From positions 62,001 to 126,000 of the forward strand of contig JAVKOQ020000004.1 in NCBI GenBank assembly GCA_031835245.2: a stretch of DNA of 64,000 nucleotides. The letters are read 5' to 3'. Source of the DNA: Balamuthia mandrillaris. Its lineage: Eukaryota. The position numbers were made by a program, and so were the translations under genes. The notes below the pieces were generated by a model. The model searched no databases. It was not told where the DNA came from and saw nothing but the letters and a program-made list of their open reading frames with translations. Positions within the stretch are counted from its first letter, which is position 1. Each line of letters starts with the position of its first letter. Below are positions 57,651 through 64,000 of this stretch, piece by piece.

Positions 57651-57975
57651 CGAAGAAGCCCCTTCTGTTGTTGTTTTTTTTCCTTTCTTTTTTTTTTTTT
57701 GTTTGCGATTTACTTTTTTTTCGTGTGGGGTGACGTGTTATTTTTGCGGACTAATTTAGTGTCGACGGACAAGCATGTCCGCAATAATCCTCTTTGTCGA
57801 CATAATTTCTTTCTTCTTTCTTGCTTCTTTGCTTCTTGCTTCTTTCTTCTTTCTTCTTTTCTCTTGCTTCTTTCTTTCTTGATTGCTTCTTTCTTCTTTT
57901 TTGCTTCTCGCTTCTTTCTTCTTTTCTCTTGCTTCTTTCTTTCTTCTTGCTTCTGATGGACGAGCGAGCCGTTCA

Positions 57976-59373
57976 TCAGCCCCGCACTTGGCTGTGCTTG
58001 AACTCGGGAGAGGCCAGATCGAAGGACACGTAGTACTCCCCCGGCTCCAAATCCGTGAAGCGATACCGTCCATCCTTTTGTTGTTTTCTGTTAGACAGAA
58101 CAGAAAGAGAGAGAGAGAGAGAGGGAGAGGGAGAGGGAGAGAGAGAGAGAGAGAGGAAAAAGAGGAGAGAGAGAGAACAAACCGGTCCAGACTTCATTTG
58201 GTGCACTAGTATGTCAGGCACCTTCCACAGGCTGACCTTGACGTCGGGCAAGATGCGCTCCCCTTGGTTCCACACGCCGTCCGCGTTGGTGTCCTCAAAG
58301 ACAACACCCTCCACGGTGCTCAGGGTGAAGAGGCCTTGGTCCAGGTAGGCCTTCTCCCCGGAGAGCAGCGTGAGGAAGATGCTGACTTCCTTGTAGCCAT
58401 TGGCGCGTTGCTGGACGGGTGTGCGAGCGAGCTCGACGACACCTCCTGTTTGTACAGTTTAGCAAAAGAAAAGGGAAAGCACGAAAACGAAAAGACAAGA
58501 ACGAAAGAAAGAAGAGAAGGAACGAACCTTCGCCTTCGAAACGGCGAGAGATTTGAGTGCCGTGGAAAGGGCTGTGATGCCAGCGCGGCTCTGAAATGAA
58601 GGTCAGAGAGTATTCTCCAGGCTCAATGTCCTCAAAAGCAAAGTAGCCATCTATGTCTGTCCATTTCTGTATTTTTTTTTTGATAAAGAAGAGCATGAGA
58701 GAAGATTCTCGCGAGAAAAGAAAGAGAAGAAAGAAGAAACCTTAAGACTGAAGGACGTCTCAGTGCCTTTGCGAAGTTCGACTTGAACCTCGGGAATGCC
58801 TTCCTCCAAAGCGTCTTGCAGGCCGTTCAAGTTGTCATCCCTAAAGACAGTTCCAACAATGGCTGGTCGTTGGTAGCATCCCGCGTTTATGCCTTTTTTT
58901 AAAGAGAGAGGGAGAGAGAGAGAAAGAGAGAGAGAGAAAGAGAGAGAATAAGGACAACTATAGCAGCAAAGCAACACTTCAAAGAAGAAATAGAAAAACC
59001 AGTGATAGCTTTGGAGGCAGATATTTCAAAGACATGCGAGCGGTGGGAATCTGGGTCTACTTTGCAAGCAGAGGAGGCTTCTTGTCTGGGGCTCGATGCA
59101 AAGTCAGGAGGGCACTTGGCTTCCACATAATATTTACCTGTTTTTGTTTGTTAGAAGAGAGAAGATTAGCGCATTGAGAAAAGCAGAGAGAAAGAATGGG
59201 AGTAGCAGGGAAGAGAGAGAAAGAGAGAAAGAGAGAGAGAAAGAGCAGGAGAGAGAGAGAGAGAAAGAGAAAGAGAAAGAGAAAGAGAAAGAGAAAGAGA
59301 AAGAGAAAGAGAAAGAGAAAGAGAAAGAGAAAGAGAAAGAGAAAGAGAAAGAGAAAGAGAAAGAGAAAGAGAG

Positions 59374-59453
<80 letters not shown>

Positions 59454-59954
59454 GCAAAGGTTAAAATCATTACCAGGGTCGACCTTAAAGGAGTATTTGC
59501 CGTCATGATTGGTTAAAGTGGTGGCCGCCAAAGTGCCGTTCTCCCAAAACAACCTGACCTCCACCTCCGGGAGGGCCAAAGCCGGCATCTTCTCGTTGAG
59601 AAGACCATCACCGTCCAGATCGTGCCAGACCACTCCGTTGGCGGAGGAGAGGGCGTACTGACCGTCGTTCATGGTCTTGGTCTCGCCGGCGAGGAGGGAG
59701 AAGACAGAGGTACGCCCCCCGATCGTGTCCACGACATCACTCCGAATGGAGGAGGAGGCGAAGGGATTGGAAGAGGGAGAGGCGGAGGAGGGAGAGGCCT
59801 TGATGGTGAAGCTGCACAGAGAAGAGACCAAGAGGAGAAGGAGAAAGAGGCGCGGAAAGGACGTCACAGAACAAAGAGAAGAAGAAGAGGAGAAAGAGGG
59901 GGAGGAGAATGTAGCAGAGGAGCCATGTGCGTTGAGCGCTATTCTTTGCCGCAT
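57976..59954 (-). CDS. Secreted or anchored protein with three SdrD B-like (CnaB-type) domains (multi-exon)
   Basis: N-terminal hydrophobic LFLLLLLVSSLC. Repeats GVVWHDLDGDG...TTLTNHDGKYSF..PGEYYV, GTVFRDDNLNGLQD.LEEGIPEVQVEL...TDIDGYFAFEDIEPGEY, GVVFEDTNADGVWNQGE...DGRYRFTDLEPGEYYVSF. Confidence 0.85.
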
Positions 59955-60554
59955 CTTCGTCTGCTTGCTTAATTTTTTTTTTTTGTGAAAGGTTCGTGTC
60001 GTCACGAATAATTTAATTATTTTACGTGTAGTAGGTAAAATTTTTCAAACACCCAATGATCACATGCCACGTCAGATGATCTAAGATAGACTGGCTTCAG
60101 TAAAGATGATTTTCCCGCCTTTTTTTTTTGGCATGGTGCCTCTTCTTCTTGCCCTGGAAGGCAACGATCAGCGTCAGCATATGCTGAAGGGCAGCCGACA
60201 GAATGGGGAGGCAGAAGCAACTGATCGACTTCTGTGGGGGTGTACGCGATCCCGCCACCTGCACCCAAGCCCCTTTCCCCCCTCGATATGTTGGGAGGAC
60301 TATCCGGCGGAATGGGGACCCCAAAGAAAACGCCCAACAAAAGAAAAAGAGATTGAAGATATGTAAAGAGCAGCACTTCTATCGAGTGGCGTCTGTCTTT
60401 GTTTGTTTTATACAAAATATGCAAGTGTCCTTTAAAAGCTGTAAGTTTCAGTTGGTAGGTGCCGATTTAACAAGGAGGAGGGGAAGGAAGGGAAGAAGCC
60501 CTTCACGTGAAGGGGATATTGTTTTCTGTCATTGAAAATGTGCGTTTGCTCTTC

Positions 60555-60815
60555 TCAGTCCCTCGTTGTCCTTTTAAACAGACGGCCGGTTCGCTTCGTC
60601 CCCACGACAAAGTGCAGGTCGTTCTGAATCCACACCAGTTGGTACTCCCCTTGGTCCTTGTAGCCCAGGCACTCCAAACCCACCACCACGTCCTGTCTCA
60701 GCTCTTCCATCGACTCGGCTTGGTACACCCCGTACCCTTTGCTGCTGTAGAAAAACCCGACCGGGTGCTTCCTCTTCTTCTTGCTGGTGAAGTGTACTTC
60801 AATGCGTTCCTGCAT
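60555..60815 (-). CDS. Hypothetical small protein or gene remnant (86 aa)
   Basis: MQERIEVHFTSKKKRKHPVGFFYSSKGYGVYQAESMEELRQDV... with strongly G/C-ending codons. No recognised domain. Confidence 0.35.
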   Translation of the reverse strand: MQERIEVHFTSKKKRKHPVGFFYSSKGYGVYQAESMEELRQDVVVGLECLGYKDQGEYQLVWIQNDLHFVVGTKRTGRLFKRTTRD

Positions 60816-61296
60816 CGTGGTTGTGCCTCCAAGGAGAAAGAATCCGTGCTTGCGGGGTTGCCAACAGCAAAGGTGGTGAAAGACACAAACAGCAACACGA
60901 CACCTTTGGACGAGCCACCACAATGCTCCCGTCGGACCCACTGGTGCTTCCCCCTACTCCCTACAGGTTAACCTTTTAGAGGCACCGCACTTCACTTGGA
61001 CGAAACCGCCGCCGCTCTCGCGTCCTCTCTCGCGTCCAAACTTGACGGAACAACCCTCACGCAAAATATCTCGCATGCCATAGATTCCTCGCATACTTTG
61101 CATAGCTGGCAAAACCTCCTGCATTCCGGCCGCCTCCATTGGCCTCCGATGTTTGCTCTGTCTCGTTTACGTGGTGCTGAGTCGTAAGAGGCCTTCCCTT
61201 TCGAGTAGGAATAATGACAAAGGGATGCATCTGGTTATGTGGCTGGCAACATCGCAAATGTTACAGTTACATCTACTCTTTTATTTAACGATGGTA

Positions 61297-62043
61297 TCAC
61301 ACGTTCTCTAGTGCTTGGTAGCTTTTTCTCTTTTGCAGTTTTACCAACACACAAATGCCCACAGACACGAGCGTGAAGAGTAGAGCTGTGAAAGCCACCC
61401 CCGAACACACCACAATCACTACCATCTTTCGATCGTTGTCCTGGGAAGCCTCTTTGTGTTGCGGCTCTGGTTGTTCAACAGCAGCGTTATGGTAGGGGAG
61501 GAGCCTTACCTCTCTCCGTTCTAATTCCGTGTCGATCTCCCACGTCATTTTTCCTACAAAGACGTTATCCATTGTTATTAAACGCTTCTTCTCCGTTTCT
61601 TCTTGGCTGGAAGCCTTTACTGAAAGTTGGCGAATCCACAATGACTTCAATGCAAGATGGAACGAATGTGTTGGCACGGTTGCTTCAAGGGACTGGAGAA
61701 ATGCACAACTTCTGTCGGCAACAGTAGTCAGGAGCGGCAGGCAAAGGGCAGGACCTTCAACGATGATCTCCTTGCCACCGTCACTAGCGTTGAATGGTTT
61801 GAACAAAAACTGAGGTTCCTGATAGACGCCCTCGCTAAGACAAATGCGGTTGTGTTTCGTTTTGCCCGTAACCACCCTTTTGGACGCCTCATGAAGGGTG
61901 AGCAAAGGAGAAGACGGGGAAGCACCGTCGTTCATGTCGTTGCCGATATGGACGTCCACGAAACAGTCACAAGAGAGAGATGGGATCGTGAAGTTGAAGA
62001 ACCACAATGACACCAAACACAAGAAAAGCTTGGTGTCTGCCAT
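61297..62043 (-). CDS. Type I membrane protein with DUF1565/pectin-lyase-like beta-helix N-terminal cap, intronless
   Basis: Signal MADTKLFLCLVSLWFFNF; FVDVHIGNDMNDGASPSSPLLTLHEA...ICLSEGVY; TM VVIVVCSGVAFTALLFTLVSVGICVLV; short tail KRKSYQALENV. Confidence 0.7.
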   Translation of the reverse strand: MADTKLFLCLVSLWFFNFTIPSLSCDCFVDVHIGNDMNDGASPSSPLLTLHEASKRVVTGKTKHNRICLSEGVYQEPQFLFKPFNASDGGKEIIVEGPALCLPLLTTVADRSCAFLQSLEATVPTHSFHLALKSLWIRQLSVKASSQEETEKKRLITMDNVFVGKMTWEIDTELERREVRLLPYHNAAVEQPEPQHKEASQDNDRKMVVIVVCSGVAFTALLFTLVSVGICVLVKLQKRKSYQALENV

Positions 62044-62491
62044 GTTTCGTGCTGCTTTGGTTTTATCCTCCTCTTTGGAACAGTGAGCGCAAAACGAAAA
62101 GAAGAACAAGCACGAGCCGTTAGTGTGAAGGAAGCACGTTGTCCAGCGTTCCGAGTGAACGCGCCCCCCACTCGGCTGGTGACACACGCTGGAAGTTTCC
62201 AAAACCATACATCCTCATGCAAGCGTTCTTCGAACGGAAAGCACGACAATCGATTCATTAATAACGCGAGCACCCTCTTCTTCTCCTCTCCCCTTCCTCT
62301 CCTCGTTACACTTCTTCTGCTTTGGCTTGTCCTGTTCGGCGCCAGCCCCTGCGGCAGGGTATTGTGGAGGCAACATGCCCAACCACAATGCACTTGGAGA
62401 CAAACAAAGCATTACAAAAATTCATTTTCTTAACCCAAAAGGATATGCAGAATAAAGAACACTAATCACCTGAGAAAGAGAGGGTGGATGT

Positions 62492-64000
62492 TCATGGCTC
62501 TCTCGTTCTCCCAACATCTTCAAAGTACTCCATGGGAACAGGTTCAAAGTAATCATCATCCGCGTACGATTGTACTGCTTGCACTTCCATCGGCTCTGCG
62601 TCGGCTGAGGGATGCTCTTCCTCGGAGGCTGGCTGCATGTCGGAAGGAGCCCATGATTGCGAGGGCGTAAAGTCCGAGTCTATCTCAGCGCAGTTGTTGA
62701 TAGCGAACAACAATTTGGCTTTCAGCCGTTCCTATTGTTATTGTTTGTATTATTGTTGGTGTTATTATAATGTTGATGAAAATAAAAAAAATGGAACGTT
62801 ACCTTTGTGGAATAAGCAGGCAGTTTAAGCTTGAAGGAGCAGGTCTGCGCCTCTGGCAGGAGGTCATCAGCGGTGCAGCCACCCCTCTCAAAGTTCTCAA
62901 TAGAGAACTCGGCGGAGCTGCCGCCGACGGAGGGGGGCAGGCGGGCCTGCCCGTAGACGAACCGCATGAACTTGGCCCTCTCTTCGGGAGCGAACTCGCG
63001 AAGCACTTCCCAGAGCTTCTCCACCACTGGAGAGGAGGATGAGAGCGTTCCTCTGTAGGCTGTTCTTGCCATCAACCTAAATTATTCATTTTTTTTTTGT
63101 CAGAGGAGAAGAACAACAAGAAGAATAACAAGGAGAGAGAGAGAGAGAGAGAGAGAGAAGAGAAGAGAAGAGAACAAGCAAACGAGGGAGAAACAGATAC
63201 GACAGAAGAGACTTCGTACCAATCAACGTCATAATCGGATTTGCCACAAACAAGACTTTCTATTTCGCTCCACGTGAAGAGCTTGAGGAACGGGAAGGAG
63301 ACCATGAGAGAGGTGCCAAGTCGCATCGCCTCGGCTTGCTTCCTGCATTCGTTCAGCCGACATTCTCGCACCAAGCGAGTGAACTCGAGCCGGTTCTCCC
63401 AAGTTACCCTCTGATTCCTTCCTCCTTTTTTCAGTTCCACTTCAGTTCCATCACTATTTACAAATAGTATACAATAAATATTGGCAAGGAAAAGAGAATG
63501 AACAAAAAGCCGAAGAAAAAAGAAAGAGAATGTCGAACCTTAAGGTGGTGACGAAGGTGAGGTCATCGAAGGTAAGATCGAACATCTCTTCGTCGGTCAA
63601 CTGCGTTTCAATAACGTGAAGAAGTTGAGCGGTGATCACATCCATGCCTTCCAAGTCTTTGATGGTTGGCTCCTCTCCAAGCTAGCACAAGTAAACAAAG
63701 GAACAAACCATTTGGTAAATAAAAAAGGTACATGAAAACAAAAACAAAACTATAGATCACGTACATAAAGCTTCCAAACAAAGGAAGGAAGACGTAGGTC
63801 AAACACGTTGCGCGTACGAATGCAGATGCCCATGATGACGCCTAATGCTCTGTACATGCCGAGCGCCTGCTCTGAGGTTTGCGTGGGATTGAGGGTGTAC
63901 TTATCCCTGTCCGCTCCCACATGGTGCCTTTGGTTGGGCGTCTTAACGAAGAGAGGAAGAGCCTCCCCGTATAGCTCGCTTGCCATTTGGGCCAATGACT
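62492..64000 (-). CDS. HECT E3 ubiquitin ligase, C-terminal exons (HERC-like; 5' end outside window)
   Basis: LPLFVKTPN, ELKKGGRNQRVTWENR, LFTWSEIESLVCG, FMRFVYGQARLP, LPEAQTCSFKLKLPAYS (catalytic Cys), KLLFAINNCAEIDSDF. Confidence 0.95.

Overview
Gene-dense, intron-rich eukaryotic genomic DNA with short GT-AG introns full of microsatellites. The gene content suggests a free-living amoebozoan, Balamuthia/Acanthamoeba-like (inference, not proven). About 22 protein-coding loci. Housekeeping genes: COX17, TOP2, PFAS/purL, ADSL/purB, a PPR protein, a HECT E3 ligase, a homeobox factor, a receptor TKL kinase and a degenerate mitochondrial carrier. The block at 19.5-44.6 kb is the most unusual part. 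It holds a head-to-head inverted pair of soluble class III cyclase-STAND ATPase genes that share perfectly identical 134 and 175 bp tracts and carry non-canonical specificity residues. An RCC1-ankyrin-TIR-TIR gene whose TIRs lack the NADase Glu follows directly, and intronless F-box/GCPW-ankyrin genes bracket the block (one intact, one frameshifted; a 5' stub lies at 2.5 kb). Non-coding signals seen by eye: a recurrent TGTCGAC promoter palindrome, E2F-type sites upstream of TOP2 and of a putative kinetochore gene, and three B-box-like 13-mers. No rRNA, intact tRNA, CRISPR array or transposase was found. Exon structures were inferred by eye and no database searches were run.
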